Virus record (IMG/VR): IMGVR_UViG_3300044658_000017
Span: 24,639 to 88,638 of that record
Source of the DNA: a virus
Taxonomy: Duplodnaviria; Caudoviricetes
Reading direction: 5' to 3' (one strand)
DNA length: 64,000 nt
The number at the start of each line of letters is the position of its first letter. Position 1 is the first letter of the stretch. Below are positions 63,929-64,000 of the stretch, in pieces. Position numbers and translations under genes: made by a program. Under the pieces are notes generated by a model, which saw only the letters and a list, made by a program, of their open reading frames with translations, did no database searches and had not been told where the DNA came from.

Positions 63929-64000
63929 CTATAGTGCTCCACGAAAAAGTTGTGTAGACCCTGTATAACTGGTTAGGCCATACAGTCTTTTGAACCAGTC
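63929..64000 (-). CDS. 3' end of a CDS that starts beyond the window
   Basis: Open frame DWFKRLYGLTSYTGSTQLFRGAL* running in from base 64000, followed by a terminator-like hairpin. Confidence 0.35.
   Translation of the reverse strand, partial: DWFKRLYGLTSYTGSTQLFRGAL

Larger units (their letters stand above)
1..64000. other. Segment of a crAss-like (Crassvirales-type) bacteriophage genome, probable Bacteroidota host
   Basis: Virion arm (+) and replication arm (-) converge. Gene order ring/IHF/ring/muzzle/cargo/giant DFDID RNA polymerase is typical of crAss-like phages. No Shine-Dalgarno motifs and AT-rich leaders, as in Bacteroidota. No host housekeeping genes. Confidence 0.9.

Noticed and set aside
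1-64000. Stop-codon reassignment (TAG to Gln or TGA to Trp), common in some crAss-like clades
   Set aside because: Very long ORFs are intact in the standard code. TAG (5023, 36202) and TGA (4556, 6372, 31467) end genes and are followed directly by new starts or a terminator.
1-64000. CRISPR array, tRNA or rRNA genes
   Set aside because: I saw no regularly spaced direct repeats and no cloverleaf with T-loop/D-loop consensus. Intergenic gaps are short and explained by hairpins. A tRNAscan-SE run would be the definitive check.

Overview
This AT-rich window is a segment of a crAss-like (Crassvirales-type) Bacteroidota phage genome, read in the standard genetic code. The + strand (1-36202) is the virion module: Cys-rich tail or appendage proteins, two membrane proteins, a PD-(D/E)xK nuclease, ring/tail-tube proteins, an IHF/HU-like protein, a muzzle (tail-stabilisation) protein split over two genes, a modular cargo protein with two lytic-transglycosylase-like domains, and three large ejected proteins. 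One of these is a 4266-aa virion RNA polymerase (RIP and DFDID motifs) with a C-terminal HExxH zincin. The - strand (36272-64000) is the replication and host-takeover module: PolA, DnaB, DnaG-type primase, SF2 and Dda/RecD-like helicases, an AAA ATPase, nucleases, dNMP kinase, Nudix, a MazG-like enzyme and a stand-alone DnaA domain IV. The two arms converge on a bidirectional terminator. The main finding is an apparently complete phage-encoded ubiquitin-like conjugation cassette at 45177-49636: a Ubl precursor with an internal KTKGG, an E2-like protein, a JAB/JAMM protease and an E1/ThiF, all with candidate catalytic residues intact. Other signals: near-absolute avoidance of CCWGG, GGWCC and GGATC by codon choice; a repeated LAPVEL[ST]D motif in the RNAP polyprotein; eleven GG-type spacer motifs in the cargo protein; a long intergenic hairpin between the SSB-like gene and the primase. 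All family assignments come from motif recognition by eye; no database searches were run.
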